Virus record (IMG/VR): IMGVR_UViG_3300012919_000008 | Span: 1 to 55,741 of that record | Reading direction: 5' to 3' (one strand) | Length of the DNA stretch: 55,741 bases | Source of the DNA: a virus | Taxonomy: Duplodnaviria; Caudoviricetes | Shown here: positions 10,052 through 19,977 of the stretch, piece by piece | Position numbering within the stretch: the stretch's first letter is position 1 | Layout: each line of letters begins with the position of its first letter | Program-made: the position numbers and the translations under genes | The notes under the pieces: model-generated | The model's database searches: none | Seen by the model: only the letters and a program-made list of their open reading frames with translations | What the model was told of the DNA's origin: nothing

Positions 10052-10800
10052 TATAGTGCATCCAAGCTAGATCCTGCTGTTGTTCTTGCAGACCCTAATC
10101 TACGTCCACCTGTACTTGCAGGTATCATATAAGATCTCATGTAATGGTATCTGTTAATAAGCATAGAACGCATTGCCTTAATACCTTCATCTGCTCTTTC
10201 TTTTAATATAACAGCATCCTGTGTATTACCTCTAAACATCAAAGCGTAAAACATAGCAGAGTCTACAACAACATGTTTAAACCTATCTGGTATTACCATT
10301 GTGTCATCGTGTGCAGATAGATCGCTTTGAAATACGTAGTAATCAAAAACTAATGTGTACGCTTGATCGGGTGGTTCTACTAAACCATACTTTAAGTCAG
10401 GTCCATGAAAAACAAAACGTGGCAATGCACGTTGCTGACTTGTTGCATATTCCTGATCTACATATTTTTCTAAATACTCATCATAAGTTATTATTGCTAG
10501 TTTTCTAGTGTCATTTCCTAATGTAGCATTCTCTTTAATTCTAAATGATTCAAAGTCAATTAACTTTGCATCTGTTGGAAATGCATAACGTGTAGTACCA
10601 GCAACTAATGTTTGTTCTTTTTCTGAATGATTAAAAGGCCACTCGTATTCACTCTCATTAATATAACGTATACCTGAGTTAACTGCATCTTTTGCGTGTG
10701 CATAAAAACCTGTAGCTGAAGCAAAGTTAGAGCTAGTAAGCTCCACCTCGTTCAGCCTTTTATTTATATCATTTACTAATGTTAAAAATGTTGTAGCCAT
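10051..10800 (-). CDS. Tail tubular A / head-tail adaptor protein
   Basis: TFLTLVNDINKRLNEV...WPF pattern typical of podovirus adaptors; synteny. Confidence 0.7.
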   Translation of the reverse strand: MATTFLTLVNDINKRLNEVELTSSNFASATGFYAHAKDAVNSGIRYINESEYEWPFNHSEKEQTLVAGTTRYAFPTDAKLIDFESFRIKENATLGNDTRKLAIITYDEYLEKYVDQEYATSQQRALPRFVFHGPDLKYGLVEPPDQAYTLVFDYYVFQSDLSAHDDTMVIPDRFKHVVVDSAMFYALMFRGNTQDAVILKERADEGIKAMRSMLINRYHYMRSYMIPASTGGRRLGSARTTAGSSLDAL

Positions 10801-10816
10801 AGTATATCCCTAAGTA

Positions 10817-10845
10817 GAAAGGGGCAGGTTTATCCCACCCCTTTC
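10817..10845 (-). terminator. Hairpin terminator after the capsid operon
   Basis: GAAAGGGG...CCCCTTTC stem just past the stop of the 164-aa gene; weak U tail, so partial read-through is likely. Confidence 0.6.
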
Positions 10846-10852
10846 ACATGTG

Positions 10853-11347
10853 TTACGCGAGTGTATCACGATCCACTTCGTCTGCACCTACTGTGCCTAT
10901 GTCATCAACGTCTAGCAATAATGCAAAGACACGGATAACACCAGCCGTTGTAGTTCCAGTTTGTGCCTGAATCAATACGTCAAGCGTATCAGCAGTTGCA
11001 CCAATAGTGATAGGGCCATTACCTGCACCCACACTGTAATCACCTGCTGATGCAGCGTCGAAGTCAAAGCCATCAACGTATGCGTCAACGTCAGTGCCTG
11101 TTACACCTAGATCTAATGCACAGTCAGTAGAAGTACCAGCATGAACTGTTGTTACTTCAAAACCAGCATCCAGAATCATAGTGTTAGCAGGAACTGTGAT
11201 TGCTTCAATAATATCAGCAGCAGCTAGTGCTGTACCTTTAGCGGTAGCAGCAGCACCGAAGTCGATACTATTTTGCACAAGATAAGGGGTTCTTCCTCTA
11301 GGGCTATTGCCTCTAGCTGACGAAGATAATGTTGTTACTGTAGCCAT
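10853..11347 (-). CDS. Putative capsid decoration/cement protein
   Basis: 164 aa, beta-rich, directly after the major capsid gene and before the terminator. Confidence 0.55.
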   Translation of the reverse strand: MATVTTLSSSARGNSPRGRTPYLVQNSIDFGAAATAKGTALAAADIIEAITVPANTMILDAGFEVTTVHAGTSTDCALDLGVTGTDVDAYVDGFDFDAASAGDYSVGAGNGPITIGATADTLDVLIQAQTGTTTAGVIRVFALLLDVDDIGTVGADEVDRDTLA

Positions 11348-11360
11348 TATTCAGTCTCCC

Positions 11361-12419
11361 TTATACTAAGCAATAACGAGCAGTTGAGATAGCTTCTGGT
11401 CGAAGTATCTTACGCCCATACAAATGCATTCCTCTGACAATGTCAGCGAAGCTATCAGGATCACGATAAGTTTCGGTCTTGTTAATCTGTTCAGCAGTTG
11501 CCACAGCAGATGAATGACCAGCTACAAGCACACCAAAGTTACTGGCGTTTGTGCCACCAGTGGTTGATGGTCCTGTTCCTACAGAAGGTAGGTTGTTGGA
11601 CATGTACACCTTGAAGCCATGAAGATTGTTCAAGACTAAACCATTTTGTAATCCAGTTCCACCAAAGTCGCTATTTAGAAGACGAGAATCTTCATCTTTT
11701 AGAACTTCAATAAAAACTGGGTCAACAACAAGCCAACGGTTATTAGTGTCAACATTCTGCTGATCTAAGAGTCTAGCCATACGTGCCACTATTTGTAGTG
11801 GGTTTGCATTACCAGAACCGGGAGTAGCAGAAGTTGCACCACCTGCACGTGCTTGAATACCAATTGCGTTACTGGAAGAACCACCAAAAGAATCAGCCAT
11901 GATTTTCATGGAAGATAGTAGTTCATCAGAACCAGCAGTTGATACTGCTTTTGCACCGTTAACTGTAGTGTTAGCAGTGTCAGGAGCACTGTGTATTGCT
12001 GACTGTTTAAAACCAGATAGATAACCAAGTACGTCTTGGTCATACTGATCAGATAGTCTGTAAGCTGCACGATCACTTGCAAGTTGCTGGAAGTTAATGT
12101 GCGAATGAGCTTCTTCAATGTCATCGACTTTAAATGCAAAGTAGTTTGCTTTGTCAATGGTTAGTGAGAACTCTTCGTCATCCAGATCTTGTGGAGTGAT
12201 TGTAGTACCACGTGCATACTCTTTGACCGTGATCTCTGGTTCTTTGATCACTTTAACGCTATCGCCCATGTTGGCGATTTCACCAAAGTAATCGCTATTA
12301 GTAATAGCTTCAACAATTGAAGCCTTACGAAAAGCTACTTGTACCTGCTTAGAGTAGATAATTGGTGAAAAATTACCATTAGGCAGGTTGCCGTAGCCTG
12401 TAGCGGTTGAAAATGCCAT
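11361..12419 (-). CDS. Major capsid protein
   Basis: NFSPIIYSK...GEIANMGDSVK...DSFADIVRGMHLYGRKILRPE, the T7-supergroup/HMO-2011-type capsid pattern; AAGGAG RBS. Confidence 0.92.
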   Translation of the reverse strand: MAFSTATGYGNLPNGNFSPIIYSKQVQVAFRKASIVEAITNSDYFGEIANMGDSVKVIKEPEITVKEYARGTTITPQDLDDEEFSLTIDKANYFAFKVDDIEEAHSHINFQQLASDRAAYRLSDQYDQDVLGYLSGFKQSAIHSAPDTANTTVNGAKAVSTAGSDELLSSMKIMADSFGGSSSNAIGIQARAGGATSATPGSGNANPLQIVARMARLLDQQNVDTNNRWLVVDPVFIEVLKDEDSRLLNSDFGGTGLQNGLVLNNLHGFKVYMSNNLPSVGTGPSTTGGTNASNFGVLVAGHSSAVATAEQINKTETYRDPDSFADIVRGMHLYGRKILRPEAISTARYCLV

Positions 12420-12448
12420 TTTATTTTCTCCTTATACGACATCCCAAT

Positions 12449-12608
12449 GCGTATCAAAACATATACGCTATGTTATCTACTTTAAGGGCCGATTGATAAA
12501 GAGGTGGTATATGTAAGGCCAACTACACATAGGCTCTTCTTATTCGGGTATCTTAGAAGTTTGGTGTAGTATCTGTGGGTAGTCTTTTGAAAAGGGCCAC
12601 ATTACTAC
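12449..12608 (-). ncRNA. Structured 5' leader of the major capsid mRNA (candidate cis-regulatory RNA)
   Basis: Three hairpins (12449-12468, 12483-12555, 12566-12608), with three CC/NYAC internal loops and a G-U pair that forms only on the minus strand. Confidence 0.55.
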
Positions 12609-12616
12609 TAATTATG

Positions 12617-12648
12617 CATAGTTATATGCACAATTATCTGTTTGTCAA
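12617..12648 (-). promoter_or_regulatory. Sigma70-like promoter for the capsid operon
   Basis: TTGACA-16 nt-TATAAC-TATG on the minus strand. Confidence 0.65.
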
Positions 12649-12654
12649 CACCTT

Positions 12655-13509
12655 TTATCGTGCTGAACCAGATACGTCATAAATAAACTTACCGTTACGT
12701 ATAGCTTCCATTATGTCATCTGAATGCTTCTCATATTCTCTTGCAGACATACGTTGTACATCAGATTCTTTATATGAGTTGCCACTATCGTCACTGGCAG
12801 GTTTACTTCTTTTACCTTTAGTGGATACAGACTTTGCTGCATCCTTAGATGATGATTTTTTTGCAGTTATGTTTCTGTCTGCTTTATATAAGTCAATAGC
12901 TCTAGCAGCAGAACGTGCGTCATTGTCATTCTCATACAGAGCATTCTGTACCCATTGTGGTTGTTCTTCTGCCCATGTGTGAAAGTCATCATCGTTTCTT
13001 ATATCTTCAAAATCAGGGTGCATTTGTAGCAACTCAGTTTCTGCACGTTGCTTACTTACACTCTGTTGCATATCGTCTAGAGCTTTTACCTTTTCTTCTA
13101 GACTAGCTTGTTGTTCAGCAGCTTTCTTAATAGCAATTGTTTCTACTATACCTGCAACATCAGGATACTCTTTAGCCCATGTTTCTATATCTTCGTCAGA
13201 CTTAGGAAGTTGTATTTGCTTCTTGGTTGACTGCTCTAGTTGCGCTTTAAGATTACTTATCTCTGCTTTTAATTCGTCTGTTTGTTTTTGCTGATGCCTA
13301 CGTAGATCAGAATATCTCTTCTTAAAAGTTCTTTCTTCTGCATTCTTAGGTTCTTCTTCTGCTTCTTCTGATGAGGCATCTTGCTTTTGTCCTTCAATTA
13401 ACTCTTGCAGTTCTTCCTCTTCCTGTTTTAACTTTTCTTCTCTTGAGTATGGCCTAGATATAAACGCTGTTTTCTTAGGTTCTACTTCTACTTGTGTTAC
13501 GTCTGACAT
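12655..13509 (-). CDS. Capsid scaffolding protein
   Basis: Acidic coiled coil (FKKRYSDLRRH, HPDF, C-terminal IMEAIRNGK) just upstream of the capsid gene. Confidence 0.75.
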   Translation of the reverse strand: MSDVTQVEVEPKKTAFISRPYSREEKLKQEEEELQELIEGQKQDASSEEAEEEPKNAEERTFKKRYSDLRRHQQKQTDELKAEISNLKAQLEQSTKKQIQLPKSDEDIETWAKEYPDVAGIVETIAIKKAAEQQASLEEKVKALDDMQQSVSKQRAETELLQMHPDFEDIRNDDDFHTWAEEQPQWVQNALYENDNDARSAARAIDLYKADRNITAKKSSSKDAAKSVSTKGKRSKPASDDSGNSYKESDVQRMSAREYEKHSDDIMEAIRNGKFIYDVSGSAR

Positions 13510-13524
13510 TTTATATTTCCTTTC

Positions 13525-13566
13525 GTTGGGGCTATGGTAGCCTTATTAGGGGCATAGGTAGCCAAC
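13525..13566 (-). ncRNA. Hairpin in the scaffold 5' UTR with two symmetric CC/CUAC internal loops
   Basis: RNA GUUGG CUAC CUAUG CC CCU AAUA AGG CUAC CAUAG CC CCAAC lies immediately upstream of the GAAAGGA RBS. Confidence 0.6.
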
Positions 13567-13578
13567 ACATGTGGTTTA

Positions 13579-15417
13579 TTATCTTGAAGCTAAACCACCA
13601 CGCTTCATCTTCTTTTGTTTTTTTCTTTTAGATATAAAACCACCTTTATTTAATTGACCTCCTGCTGGTCCGTCAGGTGTTCCAACTCCTACTCCTGCTC
13701 CCGCTGCATCTCCAGCAGTTTGAGGTCCACCACCCATACCTGATGGATCTCCTGCTGCTGGTCCCGCTGCTGGTCCTGATGGTCCTGCATCACCTACACC
13801 ACCTGACATGCCAATAGGTTCTCCTACTTGTGGATCTGGATCTGGTGTTGTTTGATCTTTTGTTTTAGCTTTATCTTTTAATTCTTTTTCTTTATTGCTT
13901 ATCAAACCAGCTAAAGTAGGATTTGTTTTACCAAGGGACAGATCATCTCGCATCTGATTGGATATAGATATTCCTAATTGTTCTGCTTTATCCATCTGCT
14001 CTTTTGCATCTTTACCTATAACCTCATTGTCTTGGTTAGTGCTAAAATCTGGTGTGCTGTAACCACCTATAGCGTTAGCAGTAGATCCCGGTGGTGCTTC
14101 ACCTGCTCCGACAGCGGCTGCGTGTGCTACAACTTGAGATTTTGAAACTCCTGTTGCTCTCGATACAGTGTCTCTTGCTATGTCAACACCATATAAAGCA
14201 CCTAGAGCTTTTTCTGCATCAGAAATAGCTGTGTCTAATTGTGCATCGTATGCTGCCATTTCTTGAGCAAATCCAATTGGATCATTTTTCATCATTTCTG
14301 CCATTGCTTTCGCATCTTTATCATCTTGCTTTTTACCAAAGCTAAAATCAGGTAACTGCATACCAAGGGCTTTAGCTCCTACTTTTGATGCTACAGATGG
14401 TCCTAACATCATCTCTCCTATAGTCATTGCAGTTCCAACAATATCTGATGCTACTTTACCAAAACCGCTAGATATACTCTGACCATACTGTGCTTGCTCA
14501 AGAGGTGACATCTCACTAAAACCTTTACCGCTTACATCAGGGTCCATGCTAGACCTTGCTTTTTTTAATGTAGTTGTTTCTTCTGGTTTTTCAGGTTGTG
14601 CTCCTGCTTCTTGTTGTTGCTCGGGTGTTACTTCAGTATATCCCGGTGGTGGCTGATATGATGGCACACCTCTAAAGAAAGGTATAAATAGTTGATTACC
14701 CTGTGCATTTCTAAATTCTTTTACCTCATAGTTAAACTGAGGTTGTCCTACAAGTTGCTCAAACCTACCTGAAGCAGGAACATTAGCAAAGTCACTTAGA
14801 TCACCACCAGTTTGTAATTTAACTGGCATACCACCTTTAGCCATATTCTGTAACATAGCTGATGTATATTCTTCTGTTTTTCTCTGCTCTGCATTTTTTC
14901 TATTTTCAGGAGTGTCCTCTATAAAACCTTGAGGTATGGGTGTTACAGGTACGTCATTAAATACAGCTATTAAACGTGTGTCTGACGGATTGTCTGGATC
15001 AAAGTAACGCTTTTGAAATAATGATTTGTTTGTAGATTCTACAACACCACCTACGTTCATCTTTTTGTCGTCATCTTTCTCGTCAGTTATAGTGCCACCA
15101 ACGATAATTAAATCGGATGGCTCAAAAGGTACATCTTCATCTAGCACAGCTTCGTCAGAGTTACCCATCTGACCCATGTCTTCCATACGTTGTAATCCAG
15201 CTTTTGCCTCATCACGTAACTTCATTAAAAATCTTAACCCTAGAAAGCGTGTAACGTCAGCAGGAAACACAAACTCTCCCGGACTTAGCTTTGCATCTAT
15301 GTCATCTCTAACTTCTTCTTTAAGAGAACCAGTGGGTACATCATTTCCTGACACAGGATCTTTTGTACCACCCTCATCTTTTAGTCCACCTAAATCAAAC
15401 ATTTCCATCTGTTGCAT
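13579..15417 (-). CDS. Hypothetical virion-associated protein
   Basis: 612 aa between portal and scaffold; DDIDAKLSPGEFVFPAD; several M/L-x-x-GG motifs. Confidence 0.6.
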   Translation of the reverse strand: MQQMEMFDLGGLKDEGGTKDPVSGNDVPTGSLKEEVRDDIDAKLSPGEFVFPADVTRFLGLRFLMKLRDEAKAGLQRMEDMGQMGNSDEAVLDEDVPFEPSDLIIVGGTITDEKDDDKKMNVGGVVESTNKSLFQKRYFDPDNPSDTRLIAVFNDVPVTPIPQGFIEDTPENRKNAEQRKTEEYTSAMLQNMAKGGMPVKLQTGGDLSDFANVPASGRFEQLVGQPQFNYEVKEFRNAQGNQLFIPFFRGVPSYQPPPGYTEVTPEQQQEAGAQPEKPEETTTLKKARSSMDPDVSGKGFSEMSPLEQAQYGQSISSGFGKVASDIVGTAMTIGEMMLGPSVASKVGAKALGMQLPDFSFGKKQDDKDAKAMAEMMKNDPIGFAQEMAAYDAQLDTAISDAEKALGALYGVDIARDTVSRATGVSKSQVVAHAAAVGAGEAPPGSTANAIGGYSTPDFSTNQDNEVIGKDAKEQMDKAEQLGISISNQMRDDLSLGKTNPTLAGLISNKEKELKDKAKTKDQTTPDPDPQVGEPIGMSGGVGDAGPSGPAAGPAAGDPSGMGGGPQTAGDAAGAGVGVGTPDGPAGGQLNKGGFISKRKKQKKMKRGGLASR

Positions 15418-15622
15418 TTACATGATCCCTTAACCGTTTAATTCTACTGTAGGCTGTAAGAGCACCCTGCGCTCTGTGTATTGCTACCATGTCATTTGAC
15501 TGTTCTAAAACTTTTATCTCTCGTTCTAGTAACATATCTATATAATTACTGAAGTGTTGCCATTGGCGGTTGTTGCTGACCAGTGGCTTGAGCTTCTGGA
15601 GCAGCTCCTTGTTGTGGTCCAC
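15395..15622 (-). CDS. Small protein downstream of portal (probable GTG start at 15622)
   Basis: C-terminal part of the listed 119-aa ORF (HRAQG motif); the upstream part overlaps the portal gene. Confidence 0.55.
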   Translation of the reverse strand: MDHNKELLQKLKPLVSNNRQWQHFSNYIDMLLEREIKVLEQSNDMVAIHRAQGALTAYSRIKRLRDHVNATDGNV

Positions 15623-17669
15623 TGAACCCTTGCTCACCCGGTGTTGGTGCTTGTCCTGTTCCAATCGTTCCTCCTCCTGTTCCTGCTGTATCCATTGGGT
15701 TAGTGCCGGGAGGTGGAGGTGTTCCAGCTTGTTGTGGTGGCTGTTCTGGTCCAAAAGTTTTCATTATCTCAGCCTGTATAGATGCTTCATCCATGTTGTT
15801 TGTAACTTTGTCTGGATCAAGATCAAGAGACTTTGCAATCTCACGAATGATATAATTAAACTTAGCAAACGGTGCAAGTGCTGGATTAGATGTAACACTT
15901 AAAAATTGCATCAATCTTTGACTACGCACTTCATTAGCCATCAAACTTTCTGTCCCACGTGCCACTACTTCAAGATCTCCTTTGATTGATGGATCAAAGT
16001 CAAACTGCATATTAAACTGAAATAGTCCTTCTCCCAACGGTTTTAGTAGATAGTCATCTACGTTTTTAATTACTGTCTTAATGCCACCTGCTGCTGCACC
16101 CATCAACATAGATATGCCTGATGCAGTTCTACCTACACCTGCTATACCTGTCTGTCCATGTGCAAAAGATGGAAAGCCTGTGCTCTCATCTGAAAGCTGT
16201 CTAGCTTTATCAAACATCATCATGTTCTCACTAGAAACATTTGGATACTTTGTACCAAACAATGCCTGTCCCGGTGCACCACCCTGTCTTCTAAACACTT
16301 TACCCGGATAAACCGTAAGATCCTGTCCGGGTACTAAGTTTGTTTCGTCTACCTCTATAAGTAAGTTACCTGAAAGCACAGCATTGTCTACTGCCATACG
16401 CATAAAGCCATTCATTAATGTCTGTGTATCGTCCATGTTCTCTGCAATACCAACACCAAAGAAGCTGTAAGGATTAAGTTCATAGGGTGCTGCAACGTAT
16501 GGTATACGTGCTGGTTTAAACGGATTAAGAACTACACGTAGTAGTCTACCGTTACATACCCATATGTTTGCCTGTAACTCATCTAGGTCTTTTAGATCTT
16601 GTGGTATGTCAATCTCTTGTTCTTCTAGTAGATCTGTATCTACAGTACCCCAATACTCCATAACCTCAAAACGATCTATGTCATGCTCTGGTGCATAATC
16701 TGATAGATCGTCTTCCCAATACAGTTTAGTGTAGTTTTCACCTTCTGCTATCACTTCTTCAATCACGCTGTCTCTAAAGTATGGACGCTTCTTAAGAGCA
16801 CGTAGTTGTGATCGTGACATCTTATGCCTCTCTATCACATACTGTGCTTCATCCATGTTATTAGCGTCTGGATCTGGATAAAAGTTCCACACAGATACAT
16901 GTGATACCTGTGGTACTGTCTTAAACATAGGATCGTATTCACCGTCTTCATTCCAGTTAGGGTATTCTTTGTCAATAGCAAATGGCCCCTTCATTACACC
17001 TGTGCCAAATAAGGACATCTCAAATGCTGTGCTTCTTAAATGTTTACTTGCACCTGATTCTTCTAACTGATCGTGTATCTTTTTCTGCATTCGTTTTGCT
17101 GCAACCATTGCAGGGCTAACTGTAATTGCAGAGCCTGTCTGACCCACACCTTCTCTAACACCTTCTAAGCCTCCTAACTTATTTTGATATTCACCTAGTC
17201 TGTCCATCAAAGACTGTTGTGTAGCTCCCGGTTCTAAATCATTACCATCTCCAGCAAATCCATACGGACTGTTTAGTATATTAGTTACCTCTTCTGTTTC
17301 TTTAGGGTCAAAGTGCACATCACCTGCTACACCGTCAGGTAGTTGTGTTGGGTCTATACTTAGTGGAAACTTTTGATTAGCAAATAGTACATCAACTATC
17401 TGTCCGTATGCAGCTAGAGTTTTTGTCTTTGTTATCTTTATAAATACTCTAGATCTTTCTGATTCTGTAAACTGCACATCAGAACCGTACAGTCCTCTGT
17501 AATTACGATATGCTTTTATCCAACGCTCTTCATCTTGATACCTATAGTCTTCTGCTCTTTTATATCTTTCATTAATATATGGTATTAAATTAGATATACC
17601 TTCATCCATAGACTCTTCTGCATCTTCAAGATGAATAGCATCTTCTTCCATAATAAAATCATCTGTCAT
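15546..17669 (-). CDS. Portal protein
   Basis: About 707 aa with FGTGVMKGP, WNFYPDP, SFFGVG, RTASGISML; follows the terminase; ATG at 17669 has an AAGGA RBS. Confidence 0.9.
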   Translation of the reverse strand: MTDDFIMEEDAIHLEDAEESMDEGISNLIPYINERYKRAEDYRYQDEERWIKAYRNYRGLYGSDVQFTESERSRVFIKITKTKTLAAYGQIVDVLFANQKFPLSIDPTQLPDGVAGDVHFDPKETEEVTNILNSPYGFAGDGNDLEPGATQQSLMDRLGEYQNKLGGLEGVREGVGQTGSAITVSPAMVAAKRMQKKIHDQLEESGASKHLRSTAFEMSLFGTGVMKGPFAIDKEYPNWNEDGEYDPMFKTVPQVSHVSVWNFYPDPDANNMDEAQYVIERHKMSRSQLRALKKRPYFRDSVIEEVIAEGENYTKLYWEDDLSDYAPEHDIDRFEVMEYWGTVDTDLLEEQEIDIPQDLKDLDELQANIWVCNGRLLRVVLNPFKPARIPYVAAPYELNPYSFFGVGIAENMDDTQTLMNGFMRMAVDNAVLSGNLLIEVDETNLVPGQDLTVYPGKVFRRQGGAPGQALFGTKYPNVSSENMMMFDKARQLSDESTGFPSFAHGQTGIAGVGRTASGISMLMGAAAGGIKTVIKNVDDYLLKPLGEGLFQFNMQFDFDPSIKGDLEVVARGTESLMANEVRSQRLMQFLSVTSNPALAPFAKFNYIIREIAKSLDLDPDKVTNNMDEASIQAEIMKTFGPEQPPQQAGTPPPPGTNPMDTAGTGGGTIGTGQAPTPGEQGFSGPQQGAAPEAQATGQQQPPMATLQ

Positions 17670-17679
17670 TACATTTTCC

Positions 17680-19236
17680 TTAATATCCGAAGACTGCATC
17701 TGCTACTTGCATCTGGCTAGGTGGTTTTCTACTTGGATCGTAATCAAACAAGTTAAACCTTGGTCTTGACATTATACCATACCGTAATGCATCATACAAG
17801 TGGTCTTCTGCGTGTGTATCTATATCTTCAGGATTGCGTTTGTCTATCGGTAATGCAGGTAGTTGCGATATTAGATTTGTACATCCTGAAAAGAATACTA
17901 ATCTAGGTTCTTCTGTAAACTCATCTACCTGTAATCTTCTGTGTATCTCGTTCTTACCCGATACCCTACTGCCTTTACTTCTGTCTGATGGCCTCCACCT
18001 GCATCCTCTTTGTATCATCTGCTCTGCAAGTGATGGTCCTGTGTCACCACGTTTGTGCCAGAGAGAACTATCCAGCACACCATACTTTATATTACCGTCA
18101 CCTTCTTCTAGTTCTAGTACCATCTCTGCTAAATCAACAGCTAAAACTTTTGATACGTACAACTCTCGATATACTATTATCTGCTCATTCGGTGCAACAG
18201 CAAACCAAAGTACACCACTATAAGAACCATAGCCATAGTCACATGCCCTAAACTTAACCCAATTATTTGGTATATCAAAAGGCTCAACTACGTGTATACT
18301 TCTGTTAAACTCTGTAAACGCTGCACCTTCTTTTATATCCCAATCGCCCTCTAGCAATTGTTTTCTTTGATGTTCAGGCAACGATAATAGCATTGCCTCG
18401 TAGTCACCTGTCTCAGCTAGGTATGGGTTATCTGCTAACCTAGCTGGTATAAACTTTCTTCTAAATAATGCTTTACCTGCTTTTGCGTGTCCTGCTGGAT
18501 ACTTTAGTGTTTCACCTGTTTCTATATCCGTAGCTGGAAAACTCTTGTTGTATGGAGCAGGATCAATAAACATTTTCTTGACCCACTGATGTCCCGGTCC
18601 TCCGGGGTTTGTTGTAGCCCTCATGTATACACCTAGTTCTGGTGCAGTGGAACGTAGACGAGATCGCATATAGTTCCATGCGAAAGGTGTAGACCATTGC
18701 GTTAGCTCATCAAAACCTATCCAGCTAAATGCTAGACCCTGATAGCGCATTACGTCATCATCTCTATCCAGATATGACATCCAAAGTTTTGCTCCAGATG
18801 GTGCGGTCCACTGCATTTTTCTCTCTGACCATTTTATACCGGGACATACTTTTGGGTATAACTCCTGCGACTTAGATATAAGTTCTCTTAACTCCTCTGT
18901 TGTATGTCGCAGTAACAATCCACTAAAAGATGGATGGTCAAAGTATCTGGTAGGATCAGCTAACATTGCGTAGCTCTTACCACCTCCAGCACTGCCACCG
19001 TACAATACCTCTCGTTCTGGTGCAGCTAAGAACTCTGTCTGTGGTCCTTCGTTTGGTTTAAATACTACATTAAGCTCTCGCTCTAATTCTGTAGTGTCAT
19101 ACTCCAGCCTCTGAGGGGCCAACTCTTTTTGCACCGACTCTGCTGGTTTCGATTTCTTCTGCCTTTTTGATCGCCTTTTCCGCATACTCTGCCCACTTGC
19201 GGAGGCTTCTAGCTTTGTCCTTACGCTGTCGCTCAT
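17680..19236 (-). CDS. terL: Terminase large subunit (true start may be downstream of 19236)
   Basis: Walker A YGGSAGGGKS, Walker B IGFDEL, motif TNPGG, nuclease DYG and DHLYDALRY. Confidence 0.93.
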   Translation of the reverse strand: MSDSVRTKLEASASGQSMRKRRSKRQKKSKPAESVQKELAPQRLEYDTTELERELNVVFKPNEGPQTEFLAAPEREVLYGGSAGGGKSYAMLADPTRYFDHPSFSGLLLRHTTEELRELISKSQELYPKVCPGIKWSERKMQWTAPSGAKLWMSYLDRDDDVMRYQGLAFSWIGFDELTQWSTPFAWNYMRSRLRSTAPELGVYMRATTNPGGPGHQWVKKMFIDPAPYNKSFPATDIETGETLKYPAGHAKAGKALFRRKFIPARLADNPYLAETGDYEAMLLSLPEHQRKQLLEGDWDIKEGAAFTEFNRSIHVVEPFDIPNNWVKFRACDYGYGSYSGVLWFAVAPNEQIIVYRELYVSKVLAVDLAEMVLELEEGDGNIKYGVLDSSLWHKRGDTGPSLAEQMIQRGCRWRPSDRSKGSRVSGKNEIHRRLQVDEFTEEPRLVFFSGCTNLISQLPALPIDKRNPEDIDTHAEDHLYDALRYGIMSRPRFNLFDYDPSRKPPSQMQVADAVFGY

Positions 19237-19516
19237 GCTTTATTCTTTTCTGTAATCCAAGGTGTGATATATACCTTCCTGTATTCTTACTTAACCATGC
19301 TGCAACTTCACGCAACGAGTACTGTCTAAGATACATTTTAGCTTTCTCCAGATGATCCAACTCTTCTTTGATTGGCAAGAGCAGGTCTTCGTCTTCTGGA
19401 TCAACTTCGTATCCGAAGGGTATTGTTCTAGCAATACGTGGTACAGGTAGCCACTCATTTTCTTCCTTTATATCTGTTGGTTGCGGTAGTTTCCATTTGC
19501 CTAAACTTCTGTCCAT
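19097..19516 (-). CDS. Putative DNA-binding protein (recombinase DNA-binding-domain-like)
   Basis: PFGYEVD...SLREVAAWL helix-turn-helix-like pattern. Confidence 0.5.
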   Translation of the reverse strand: MDRSLGKWKLPQPTDIKEENEWLPVPRIARTIPFGYEVDPEDEDLLLPIKEELDHLEKAKMYLRQYSLREVAAWLSKNTGRYISHLGLQKRIKHERQRKDKARSLRKWAEYAEKAIKKAEEIETSRVGAKRVGPSEAGV

Positions 19517-19977
19517 TACTTTTTAGCCATGCCCACTCTAGTACGTAGTGGTGGTTTCTTTTTAGGCAGCGGTGGTGTTTTTCTTTTAGGCTTTGATCTA
19601 GGTAATGGTGGTTTCTTTTTAGTTTTAGATTTTGTAGTAGTCTTTTTTCTAGCTACTGCATTTGCACCCACTGCAAAACTAACACCAGCACCTTGTAATA
19701 ATGCATTAACAGCATCTGTCTGTGTTTGTGTTTTACCTTCAGCTATTCTGTTTATTGCTCTATTCATTCTTTGATTACCTATAAGAGCACTTGGTTTTGT
19801 AGCACCTTTAATATTTAAATTTTGATCTGCCATTAAATCATCAAATGTTTCCATAGCATTTTCTGAATTTCTTTTTTGTGTGCTATTCAACGGTTTATTA
19901 CGAACTGTTTTTTTTAATTGCTTTTTAGCAACTCCAATTAATCCTTTAAGCACTTGTTTAGTTACAAATGATCCCAT
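19516..19977 (-). CDS. Basic hypothetical protein
   Basis: Lys/Pro-rich C-terminus; abuts both neighbours. Confidence 0.55.
   Translation of the reverse strand: MGSFVTKQVLKGLIGVAKKQLKKTVRNKPLNSTQKRNSENAMETFDDLMADQNLNIKGATKPSALIGNQRMNRAINRIAEGKTQTQTDAVNALLQGAGVSFAVGANAVARKKTTTKSKTKKKPPLPRSKPKRKTPPLPKKKPPLRTRVGMAKK

Noticed and set aside
19097-19236. 140-nt overlap between terL and the upstream gene as a programmed frameshift
   Set aside because: More simply explained by a later true start for terL; no convincing slippery site was identified.
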